From the NCBI GenBank assembly GCA_009914755.4, contig CP068257.2, forward strand, positions 9,184,001 to 9,248,000: a stretch of DNA of 64,000 bases, read 5' to 3'. Positions 1 to 12,290 of the stretch are shown here, one piece after another; position 1 is the stretch's first letter, and every line of letters begins with the position of its first letter. The DNA is from the human T2T-CHM13v2.0 reference genome, Homo sapiens. Below the pieces are notes generated by a model. The model saw nothing but the letters and a program-made list of their open reading frames with translations. It had not been told where the DNA came from and made no database searches. The translations under genes were made by a program, and so were the position numbers.

Positions 1-943
1 TAGCTAGAGGGAGGACTCTAACTCTCATGGCGTGTGCTGCTTAGTCTTGAGACTAAGAATAAGGGTTTGGAGTATAATAATTAGTTCTTGGTTCTGTTCT
101 GCTTGGAAAAAAAACTCAGAAAGCCTCTTGGTACCCACAATGATGAAAATAGTCATTACTAATTGTATTCGTTGGCACCCAAGGCATAAACATGTACAAG
201 GCACTTAATAATAACACCATCATCACATCGATTTTTATGATTCTCGGGCTTACCCTGGGCCACACACTTTGTTGGGAGCTCCACACATTGTCTTTCAACC
301 CCTTGCGGCACCTTGAAAGCTATAATCCTTTTGTAACACATGAAGTGTCTGAAATGCAGAAAGGTTACTGGACTTGTTTAAGTCCAAATAGATACTGAAG
401 AGTGGGGCTGGGGCTCCCTTGACTCCAGACTTGCCTGCCTCCAATGTCAGCGTCCTTCTGATTTTCCTGCCTCCAAAACTCAGGGATTTAGATGAATGAT
501 GTATTCATAGCATGCTAACTCAACAAACACATTGATTTAGTGTTTTCTACGTGTTAGAAACTGACTTAGCTTGACATTGGAGGATAAAAGATAGATTGAT
601 TGGTTGATCAAATGGTTTTTGAATGCTTATTATATGCCAGAGGTGTGCAATACTATAGAAAGATAAAGATGAATGGTCCTTTGTCTTAAGAAGGAACCAC
701 CATTTCTTGGATGTCCTGGATGGTGGTGTTTAAATACTACAGGACAAGAAGCAGAAGAAACCTAAATGGGAAGCCTTCTGTTTGAAAACCCTTCCTTATT
801 TAGGCATTTCAAAAATGTATTAATCTAAGAAACTTGGTATCTTTTGAATTGCAAAGTGGACAATCATATTTCAAGAATGATTTGAGGCAGGCTTAGCTTA
901 GGTACAAGTTATTATAATTATTATAATTTGTACATAAGCTAAG

Positions 944-1306
944 TGTATTAGTTTGTTCTCATACTGCTAATAAAGACATACCTGGGACTGGGTAATTTAC
1001 AAAGGAAGGAGGTTTAATTGGCTCACAGTTCCACATGGCTGAGGAGGCCTCACAATCATGGCAGAAAGTGAAGAGGAAGAAGGACACATCTTACATGGCA
1101 GCAGGCAACAGAGAGCTTGTGCAGGGAAATTCCCCTCTATAAAACCATCAGATCTCATGAGACTTATTCACTACCACGGGAACACTATGGGAGGAAATGG
1201 CCCCCATGATTCAATTATCTCCACCTGGCCCCGCCAGGTGGCTAATGTGCGGGGATTATTACAATTCAAGGTGAGAATTGGGTGGGAACACAGCCAAACC
1301 ATATCA
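944..1306 (-). mobile_element. Solitary MaLR LTR, THE1-type (about 363 bp).
   Basis: On the + strand it reads tgtattagtttgttctcatactgctaataaagacatacctgggactgggtaatttacaaagg...ggggattattacaattcaaggtgagaattgggtgggaacacagccaaaccatatca. This is the reverse complement of the THE1 consensus (TGATATGGTTTGGCTGTGTCCCCACCCAAATCTCATCTTGAATTGTA...ATTAGCAGTGTGAGAACGGACTAATACA), recalled from memory. ORF 1058..1354 lies inside it and is spurious. Confidence 0.75.
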
Positions 1307-1994
1307 CTAAGCCTACCTCAAACCATTTGTAAAATATTCTTGAAATATAATTAGTTTTCTAATGTACTCTCATTCAAGTTCTTGTTTGCCTCTGAAACTC
1401 ACCAGTAGATATGTAAGAAATAGTATTCAAATCACGTGAGGCTCTGACCATATCATTTCAAAACACGCTCATCTCTACTTGAGAACATGACTCCAGCGCC
1501 ATCTCTTCTGAGATCCTTCTTGCTGATTTTACTTAAATTAGATGCCTTCGCATACCTGCCACATCACTTTACACTGTTAGATTTTTACATAGCTTTGTCA
1601 CTGCCAGAAATTATCACCTACCTGTCTGTTCATTTATTGCTTTGTTTTGACAAAGTGTTTGATTTATGCAATATAACATTTAAGTGAAAAGAGACTCAAT
1701 GTTCATCAATAGAGTTTAAAATTTCCAATCTATATGACATTATCAATAGCTTTTTTATATTAAAATACATTTTATATTAAACATACTTGTATTCACAGAT
1801 GACCCAAATTGTTGGAACTAAAATTTACATTTATATAAACTCATCATTGATCTAAATACAATATGGATATGAATTTATATGTACTTTAATGTCATCAATA
1901 TTAATGTGAATTTCAAATAAAAATCCATAAAATTGTTAAACATGGAGGAGACAGATATAAAGATATAAATGCTGTCTAGGGGAACAGCATTTCA

Positions 1995-2428
1995 GATGGA
2001 GGAACAGGCAAGGAGAGAAGCTTGGAGTGTGGTGAGGAACAGGCAAGGAGAGAAGCTTGGAGTGTGGTGAGGAACAGGCAAGGAGAGAAGCTTGGAGTGT
2101 GGTGAGGAACAGGCAAGGAGAGAAGCTTGGAGTGTGGTGAGGAACAGGCAAGGAGAGAAGCTTGGAGTGTGGTGAGGAACAGGCTTGGAGAGAAGCTTGG
2201 AGTGTGGTGAGGAACAGGCAAGGAGAGAAGCTTGGAGTGTGGTGAGGAACAGGCAAGGAGAGAAGCTTGGAGTGTGGTGAGGAACAGGCAAGGAGAGAAG
2301 CTTGGAGTGTGGTGAGGAACAGGCAAGGAGAGGAGCTTGGAGTGTGGTGAGGAACAGGCAAGGAGAGGAGCTTGGAGTGTGGTGAGGAACAGGCAAGGAG
2401 AGGAGCTTGGATTGTGGTGAGGAATGAA
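1995..2428. repeat. Minisatellite with a 35-bp unit, about 12 copies: tgaggaacaggcaaggagagaagcttggagtgtgg.
   Basis: The period is 35 bp (aggcaaggag recurs at 2041, 2076, 2111...). Variant units read aggcttggag and aggagaggag. It explains the three overlapping minus-strand ORFs at 1936-2520. Confidence 0.95.
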
Positions 2429-4701
2429 GAGCATTTGAAATACTCACAGAAGGTCAATGTGACGCAGATGCGGTAAGCCAGGCAGAGTGTGGCAGGAGAT
2501 AAAAATAGAAAGATAAACAAGAGCCAGATAATACAGGGCTTTGTGGAACATAGTAAGGAGTTTGAATTTTATCCAAGAGGAATGGGAAGCTACTGGAAGG
2601 CTTAACCAAAGAATGACTTGCTTTTATTTATACCTAAAATAGATTATTGTGTTTCCTCTGTGGAAAAGGGATTATAAGTGGGCAAAAACAGAAACAGTTA
2701 AGAAGTCATTACAGTACTTGAGGAAATGGTTCATGAGTTAGACTGGGTGGTGCAATGGTGTGAGAGAGAAGAGGGTGGATTCAGCTGGTGAGCTGATTGT
2801 GGGAAGTGAGGGGGAAACAATGGGACTTCTAGACTTTTGGCTGAAGCAACTGGGTGGATAGTTCTATTTTCTTGGATTTAATGTTTTGGATGTGTTAAGT
2901 TTCAGAGGCTTATTAGGAATCTACGGCTAGTCAGGACTAGAAAATATAAATTTGGAACTCATGCACTTAGGGATGATAGTATTTGAAAGCATGACCCAAC
3001 TTAGCTTAAGTAGAGATAGGGAGGATAGAGAGAGAAGGGAGGAGGCCCAGGACAAACATCAGGGTTTAGAAGTCTGGCAGAGAAGCCGAAGCCCTCAGAG
3101 AAGACTGAGGAGTAGCCAGAGAAGCAAGGGGATTGACAGGAGAAGGTGGCAGGGAAGCTGATAGAAGGAAATGCCTCAACAAGCATTCTCAGGTCTGTCG
3201 GCTGCTGCTGAAAGAAAACGAATCACCATATTCGGCAGAAAGAAAGAAAATGAATCACCATGTTTGGAAACATGAAGGCCACTGGTGGCGATGATAAAAG
3301 GAGCTTTATGGGAGTGGTGGGGAAGGACACTGACAAGAATGGGAGGAAGAGAATGAAATTCAAGGGAGTGGAAATGAGGAAAAGAGCTAGAAAGACACTG
3401 GCTCAGGGCAGGGTTTCAGAGGGAAGGATATCTTGGAGTTGGTTAGTGTGTTGGTGAGAATTCTCTTGTGTGGATGACATTATGATGGTGCAGAGGAGAG
3501 AGCGGAAAACAGCTGAAGCACAAAGCCTTTGTGCCTTGAGAGCTGGTGAGGTCCCGAGTGCTGGGGGAGGTGTTGCCTTGAGACAGGAATGGGAACACCT
3601 TGACGTTGCTTCCATCCTCTTGGAAGGTTGGAGTTGGTGGAGGGGAGATGGAATTCCTCTATCTCTTCTCTATAGAGAAGGAAGAAGAAGAAATATTGGA
3701 GGCTTCAGCAGCATAAAGAAAGTGTGAAATACTTGGATGTCTTGGATACTGGAGTTTTGTTTAGAAGGGAAGTGTAGCAGAACCTCTGGATGGTGATAAG
3801 TATGTGTTTCAGATTTGTGACCTTGAGTTTAGAGTGTGGACAGTCACTATGGCTTTGTGATTTTCTTCAGCTACTGGCTGATGGTGCAGTGAAATAGAAT
3901 TGTAAATGGGACCTCAAGCTCTCCGGAGGAAATGGGCTCCTGGTGACTAATGGAGACACCCAAATTTAGATAACAGATTCAAGCGGCCATAGGGGGTGGT
4001 GAGAGGAGAACCATCTCTTCACAAACATCCTACTTCATGTGCTTTCTGTGACCAGAGCCAAGAAAAACAGTGGCTAGACTCCTCACCTCCACCCCATTGG
4101 CCATTTTAAAAGAAAACACCTGACAAAGGCACTTCTAATGTTGGGATGGGAAGCCACCCAGTCAGGGCTTGGCTATCTCAACCAATAAGAACTGAACACA
4201 CGTGAATCCTACATTTGCATAAACAGACGTGACAGAGAACCTGGGAGAAAACTTTTCCTATTTGAGCCATAAACCCTTCCTTTGTTCTTCGGTGCACACA
4301 CTTTCATTTGTGCTTCCCCAGTCTGCGGGAATTTTTTTTGTCTTTTTTTTTTTTTGACTGTTTTATAGAGAACAAAGCTCTTCCTTTTTCCTCTGCAGAT
4401 TTCATGATCTTTTGTTAACAGCGCTGAGTAGGTGAATAGTTGGTTTGAATAGGTTATTGCTTTGCTGTGTGAATTCAATGGAAACAAAGTTTGTGGTTAT
4501 AGTTTATCAAATTGAATAACGTGATTATAATGATGGGCCCTGGACCCCAAAGTGGGAAAGTTCAAAGTAAGACCAGGAGGGGATGACAGATAATAAAAAC
4601 ATTTTAAGGTCAATGGATTTGTGGTTTACAATGTTGAAAATGGTTGGAGTAGGCAGCACAGAGTAAGTGAGCTGGAAAGATAAGGCTTAGTAGGAGAATG
4701 A

Positions 4702-5136
<435 letters not shown>

Positions 5137-7367
5137 TGAGAGCTCACTGCTCAGTGGATTATCTACGCGCAAGCTGAAGTCACTGAAAATGGTAACAAGA
5201 GTAGGTAGAGATGAAGATGGAGCCAGCCGCTGAAGTCCGTGGTGGATGAAGGAAAGAACGTGGGGGGTCTGAAGATGGCAGGGAAACGCAGGTGGTGTAG
5301 TCAGATGGCGTGTGCTCCAAAGGAATTGGAGGCTTTTGGAGGAGAAAGAAGGAGATATCGTGTGAATACAGCAGTGGGAGTAAGGGCGTGCTTGCCCCAC
5401 CTGCAGGCCATGGCTTATGTACAATATGGGAGGAAAAACATTCCTGTGGAGAAGGAGGCTGGGAAAGTCATGCTCGCTGATAGCTAGGGGTGAAGAGAAT
5501 TTTTAAAGAGGAACTACAGTATGCAAGAGAGGATTTAGGGAGCTGATATATACGAGCAGGATGCAGAGGAAAAGTTTGGGAAAATGGGATAGGGTGAGAA
5601 ATTATAGAATGCACAGGAAGTGATGGAGAGGAGTTAGAAAATGGTCAAATGACTTTGAAAATCCAATCATTTCAAAGCACATAGCCTTCTGTGCTAAGGA
5701 GAAACACACAACTGCTTTGCTAAGTCAGGCATGGCAACATTAACTGTCCTCTGCTGCCCCTTCCCCTGTCTGCCTTAAACTCAGAAGCCCCATTCTCCTG
5801 AGCTTTGGTTGGGCATATGGCTGCCTGCTGGAGACTGCATATCCCAGCCTCCCCAGTGAAAAAGCTGGACCATGTATCTAAGTCCCCCAGCAGTGAAAGG
5901 CCCTTAAAAGGAGGGATTTGGGGCTCGGTTTCTCTTCTCATAGGATTAAGCATGGGTGTGGTGGGGAGTCAGTATCGACGGCATGGACGATTAGAACATC
6001 CCGAGGAAAGCCAGTGCAATGTCAAGGGTATCAGAGCCCTAGATGACTTCATGCAGCGGAGCTGCTTACCTGCCCTGAGCCGCCTGCCTGCTTCTCGAAA
6101 TTGTGAAAGATCAATCGGGTCTACTTCATTAGGCCCTAAACACTACATCTCATGTCCAGGTTCTGGCTTTGAACGTATTTGAACATATGCTAATAGCCAG
6201 TCTCATTACGTCACTTTATAGGATCACATAAATCACCATTTCAGACCCTAGAATATTCCTGGTCGAGGTCAGGACACATTTGAAAATGTGGGAAAGGCTG
6301 TATAATAGCCTTCAGGTTTTTATGACTTCTTTACTACCTGAGGGATTAGTCAACAAATTTCGTAATAAGTCCACAGATATTTGAATCAACAAAAAGTACT
6401 GACAAGTGTCATGTAATTTTCCTCATGTTTTTGAGGGTTACATGGCAGGTGCTGTTTGTATCATGTACTCTTCAGCTCCTTTTTAGGGGAACAGCATGCT
6501 AGCATTTCTGCGTTTTGGGGTGAGGCCTGCTGTCGTCACCCTGGTGCGAGCACATGAAGTGAACTGGACACCTAACAGTGTGGTTTTCCTCTCTGTGCCA
6601 GCGGCTCGGATTCCCTCCCTCACCTGCAGGCTGAGCAGGTCGGCTTGTCCATCATTCTGCTTTTTAAGTGAATCAGAGGGCAAAAGTTCCCTTTCCCTGG
6701 AGCAGTTGAGCCATCTCTTTTGATTCAGTTGTGCAAGTCTCCAGCCTCAGTGAGGGCTGTAAAAGGCAATCATGCAAAGTGTCTGGTTCTTTAAGGGAAT
6801 GGTATTCGTCAGATTTCTGACTTTTTTGAGATGCTGTTGGTGGAGAAATACTTTCTGATGCTTCAAATGCAACATCTTTTATGCAGTTCAGTAAGAAAAA
6901 ATCTTCCTCAATCCTCATTTTTACAAACATGTCCATTTGATTTGTTACTTTGCATGGTTACATTATTTTTGTGTAATAATTACTGTGGCTCTTAATAACA
7001 AGGTTAATTATCACTAGCAAGTTAATGTGTTCCACCAGGAGCACTTTTTTTTTACCCTGTCTTCCTGTTATGTGGTAGTTTTTCTGTTTCTTCCAGTAGA
7101 AGCTTCAGTGAGTCTGCATGCATGCACAATAAAGGGTTGTACGAGCAGTGTTTTGGGCAAGACAGGCCTGGAGAGCTTTGTCCCATGCCAGTGCCATGGG
7201 GCCCAATGAAAGCCTGGCCTGGGTCTTAATTAAGGACAGAGAGACATGGAGCACCATCCAAGGGGAGAGAACAAATCTGTTCCTTCACAGCAGATCCTAT
7301 TTGCAAGTGCCACTCTCTCTGCCTGAAATTCTCTTCTCTCAACTTTCCATCAGTTTCCTGAGAGTTT

Positions 7368-7860
7368 TCTTTTTTTTTTTAAGAAAAAAAAAAAACTTCG
7401 TTGAGATATAATTCACATTCCGTACAACTCACCCACTTAAACTGTATGACTCAATGGTTTTCAATATATTCACAAGTAGGTGCAAACATCACCACAGTCA
7501 ATTTTAGAACATTTTTATCACCTCAAAAAGAAACCTAGAACTCTTTCCAAATGGCCCCATCTTCTCATCACCATGGCTAAGAAACCATTTACCTCCTTTC
7601 TGTCTCTGTGGACCCCTCCATTCTGGATTTTCATGTGAACAGAATCATAGAGTATGTGGTCTTTTGTGACTGACGTCTTTCACCTGCCACGATGTTATTA
7701 AGGTTCAAGCATGTTGTAGGATGTATTAGTACTTCATTATCTTTTATGGCTGAATGAGGTTTCATTATGCAGATAGACCTTATTTTGCTTATCCATTCAG
7801 CTATTGAAAATCTGGCTTTTGTGAACAATGCTGCTATGAACATGGACATGAAAATGCCTC
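7368..7860 (-). mobile_element. 3' end (3'UTR) of an ancient LINE-1 of the L1M/L1MA type, antisense. Its poly-A shows as T13/A12 at 7368-7395.
   Basis: cttcgttgagatataattcacattccgtacaactcacccacttaaactgtatgactcaatggttttcaatatattcacaagtaggtgcaaacatcaccac...ttatggctgaatgaggtttcattatg...ctattgaaaatctggcttttgtgaacaatgctgctatgaacatg is the reverse complement of the L1M 3' terminus, recalled from memory. Confidence 0.7.
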
Positions 7861-10800
7861 TTCAAGATCCTACTTTCAATTATTTGGAACATATGGGTAA
7901 GTTGTCTTTAGTGGCTTCATTAAAAAAGTAAAACACAAACAGGTGGAATTAATTTTAATAATACGTTTTACTTACTTCGATATATCCAAATCTCACGTCA
8001 ACAAATCATCAATTAAACACGTAATAAGAGAGTTTGCATTCTTTTCCACTCTAAATCTGTGAAATCCAGGACATAGTTTGCACTTGCAGCTGACCTCAGT
8101 TGGAACCAGCCCATTTCACGTGGGCAATACCCACAGGTGCCTAGTGGCTACTGTGTTGAACAGGACCCTCTAATCCTCGAGGTGCTGGGATTCAGGAGGA
8201 GCTGACTGTGTGGTGATAGCTGCTCCTGAACTTCAGGTTGCATCCTCTTTCTCTCTCTCTCTCACTCCTCGAGAAACATACAGCAAAAGCTCTTGGCAAA
8301 GCTTCCAACCTCATTGTCAGACCCATCTGATTTTATTCAGTGAGAAGGATTACGTGATCTGGCTCTTGATATGATGAGCTAAGTTCGAGTTGTATTTCTT
8401 TCAAGAGAATTTTGAGTCTGAAATACAAAAAGTGTCCCAGCAATACACCTATTCTCCCTTGCGCTGAGTCACTTTGGACAATTTAACCTCAAATAATGAC
8501 AGGGAATTCTTGATACCTTGCTGTTCAACATTTTGTCAGCTCTAATGAGTGTTCAATTTATAACTAATGACAATGCATCTTATAGGGTGGGCCAGCCCAT
8601 ATGGGTGGGGGTCGATGTGAGAGGGTAATCGTTATAATTTCAGCACATACTTTAACAGTGGCAGTTGTACATTTTGCATAAAGGCCTGAAGTCATGTGAC
8701 ATCAAGAATATATGAGGAAAACAAAAGCATCTTCCGATACAAATAATGTAATATGATAGTTATTCATATAATATTGCCCCTTTTCACTTGAGTTGTTTAT
8801 TTAAAACCGAGTTAGGGAGGGTGTGACAAAATAACAGATGCTCCCATGAATGCTCATCTCTTTAAATCTGGCCTCAGCTGATGTCAGTCAGAGTCTACTA
8901 GACTAATGGGGCTGCTGCAAATCTCAGCTTTGCCGCCGGCTTGGGCACGTTTCCTCAGCGTCTCTGGCTCCCCGTATTCTTGTCTTCAACACAATGGGTG
9001 GAAGTGTGGTTCAGTGTCTAAGAAAGTCTCCAGCACAGTGTGGGATGGGGACAGGCTCCTGTTTTCCTTTTCTTCTCAGAAGCCCATGAGCTGGTGCACC
9101 ATCTTGTTCATCTCGACTCACAGGTACAGGTTTGGGATCACAGTGTGCATTATTAGGGACAGAAAGAGAGTGCCACTGAGATAAAGGCAGGAAGAGAGTA
9201 CCACTGAGATACAGGCAGAAGGCTACCAAGGACATCTTTATATTCTTTTGCAGACCACTGGGGTCACTTGAATTTAGAATTTACCAGGTGCAATTTTGCA
9301 AACTATCTTAATTATCTTGACATTATAAAAGCCTGTAATCTTGTACTTCTGACATCTGAGTAATTAGGACTTTGAACACCAGTGCCTTCTAGGTCACAGG
9401 CTTGCATTTTTTCCACTGCAGATTGGCTGTCAGCCATTACCACCTTTCTGCTCCAATGGAAACCTTTCTAAATGAGAGCGGGATTGGACAGGATGGCTTT
9501 GATTTGAATCGCTGTAAAAACAACTTTCATGTATTGAGCTGCATTGAATTTTTATTTGTGCACTGAACTTTATTTTATATTTTAAAAAGACAAATAACAA
9601 GCTATTATATTTGGCAGATAAAAAGAGACATATGAGCGTGATAAATTTGGCTGTGGATCTCTCTGACCTAATCTAATAATCATTTTGGTTTCAAAACCCG
9701 AATGATTTCTCAGAGCAGCTTTTTACTTGCTTATACAGCTCAGTTAAGAAGAACACAAATAGTTCCCCAGGCACACCCAAGATACAGAAACATTATAAAA
9801 CATTGCTTATTAATTGCTTTTTAGGTTAAGAATTATGGTAAGGAAAGATTTTGATTTTTGAGAGACATTAAAGTAAAATGATATTTACCCTTCACATGCT
9901 AATTTACCCTTGTAAGTTATGGGACATTTTTATCCATTCTGTAAGTTGTGTGAAGCTTTTGAAACATCTTTAGATAGAAGTTATTTCTTTTCAGTCTATT
10001 TTTCTAAGGACCTTTGCTGGCAAATAAGAAAGTTCATTTACCAGGGGATATGTATAAGTATTGAATGTTAAATATTTGTTGGGGAAAGATGAAAATGACA
10101 TTAATGCATCAATTAACACTTAGTGCAAATATTTTTAACACATTGTTAGGCCCTACTTCTGGTTTTCAAAATTGTAACACCATTATGTCATAGGAATAAA
10201 ATTCTCCTTATAAAATATTTATATACATATAGTACATATTATACGGTGTGATATACATATATATATAGTATATATTATCTGTTATTTTATATATAAATAC
10301 ACAGTATTTTACAGGACTTGTTTTTTCCAGAAGAAAGCAACTTTGTTAGAATTTTATATAAACCTACTTTTTGACTAAAATTTACTTTAAAGAAATGATA
10401 CAATCCTTTGGGCAAACTATTGAACAAACAAAAATTCCCTTTTCACTTTCCATTGAGTTGATTTAGTTGAAAACATTCAGTTGAAAAAATCAATGTACGT
10501 ATTTTAGAATACTTTTTTTAGACCAAGCTGAGGATTTAGGGTCTGTTCTTTACTGTGGGGGAGGGAATGAAGCCTCAAAAATGATCTTGTGCAATCGGAA
10601 AAGTTGTCAGAAGCCTGTGTGTCCGTGAGAATGAGAAGCAGGTAACCGTAATTGGTGAGGATGCTCAACCAGCTACCATTGCGCTCCGGGGAGCATGTGA
10701 CCAGTGTTACTGCGGCAGACCAGAGCCTGGGTCACCCCCGGTATACCGACTGTGAGTCAACCACTCCCTTAAAAAAATGGAAGCAGTGCATCAGAGTCAT

Positions 10801-11742
10801 GCAAAATATCTGCTACACCTGCCTGACGGGTCACTGCTGGGCCATGCTCACCCTGCAGTGAGTTCCCTTAGAGGCGGGTTATGACGAGGGTCCCATCCCT
10901 GCCTCCTACTGCTGCTTTAATGCTGCTGGCCTGCCCACTCACCATCACCCAGAATAGCCTAAGATCCCACCCTGGGCACTAAGCTCTGTTTCTCTGTCTT
11001 TCACAGATTTCCCTCCCATGTATCGTCATGGTCCAGTGTGTCTTATTTCACTTCCCTGGACCTTCACTGCCTGGGTTAGGATCAGTGCAGTGTTAGAAAT
11101 ACAGACTTTAGGTCGCAGCTCCTACTCGGGTAAGTTACTTAGCCTCTCTGTCTCAGCTCTTTCCTCTCCAAAACAGGTAAATTTATTACCTTGACTCATT
11201 AAAACCCCAAGCCTTGAGAGGAAGGTTGATAGTACATGGATCTTTTCATTTGCAAGGATGGGGAAGAAAGGAAAAAGAGAATTTAAAGGTAATAGAATAA
11301 AGTTGGAGAACTTGTTCAAATGACAATTACATTGTCTGCTTTTAAATCATGTATTTTATTTATTTGTTTTGCCATATTTTGTTATTTAGTACCAACTAAT
11401 TGCCAGACACTGTGCTGGGCTCTCGGTGTACAAAAGTACAGAGAACCCAGATCCAGGGCCTTCCATTTGCACGGAGAGGAGGTTGTAATAGACATATGAA
11501 CACATAGGTATAGCAAGTGTAGAAACTGAAGTGTGACAAGATATTTGTCAGGCAAGAGGAAGGCACTGACGGTGGCCCAGAATTCTGTCACAGAGGAGGA
11601 GACATTTGTCTTGAATTTTGAAAGGTGGAAAATGGTTAATCAGCATTAGCGGGGAGGGATCTGGGCAGAAAAGGAAAGATTAGAGTGTGCTCAGCCTCTT
11701 TGGGAATTGATAAGTGGTTTGCACAACCGAAAAGCAAGGTGT

Positions 11743-11932
11743 GAGGGGAGGACCTATGAGATTCAATGGTGGGCATGTAGACAAGGGTCCTAGGAGCCAG
11801 ACAAAGACATTTAGAGTTCACACTTCAGGAATCAATGAGGGGAGGACCTATGAGATTCAATGGTGGGCATGTAGACAAGGGTCCTAGGAGCCAGACAAAG
11901 ACATTTAGAGTTCACACTTCAGGAATCAATGA
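11743..11932. repeat. Near-perfect tandem duplication, 94 bp x2.
   Basis: gaggggaggacctatgagattcaatggtgggcatgtagacaagggtcctaggagccagacaaagacatttagagttcacacttcaggaatcaatga occurs at 11743 and again at 11837. Confidence 0.95.
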
Positions 11933-11996
11933 CCACGACAATGATGTGACGAGGTCACAGAAACCAGCAGAGAACATAGTTTTTTTTAAAAAGTTG

Positions 11997-12287
11997 CCTG
12001 GATGCAGCGGCCCCTGCCTGTAAGCTTAGTAATTTGGGAGGCCAAGGATGGAGGATAGCTTGAGTCCAGGAGTTCAAGACCAGCCTGAGCAACATAGCAA
12101 AATCCCATCTCTACACAAAATTTAAAAAATTAGTCCAGTGTGGTTGCACGTGGCTGTAGTTCCAGCTGCTCAGGAGGCTGAGGCAGGAGGATCGCTAGAG
12201 CCTGAGAGATTGAGACTGCAGTGAGCCATGATTGCACCACCCCATCCCTGCCTGGGCAACAGAGTGAGACTGTCTCAGAACAAAAAA
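11997..12287 (+). mobile_element. Alu SINE in sense orientation, with its A-tail abutting the 3' end of the neighbouring L1.
   Basis: ...gcctgtaagcttagtaatttgggaggccaaggatggaggatagcttgagtccaggagttcaagaccagcctgagcaacatagcaaaatcccatctctac...gcctgggcaacagagtgagactgtctcagaacaaaaaa. Confidence 0.9.
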
Positions 12288-12290
12288 TAT

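Noticed and set aside
5805-6182. A 125-aa + strand ORF in unique, non-repeat sequence.
   Set aside because: There is no recognisable domain. The composition is typical of random human ORFs. There is no Kozak or splice context I can support, and the length is well within chance for 64 kb.
8588-8612. The palindrome cccatatggg could be an SRF CArG box.
   Set aside because: It has only four A/T bases between CC and GG (the CArG consensus is CC(A/T)6GG), and there is no supporting context.
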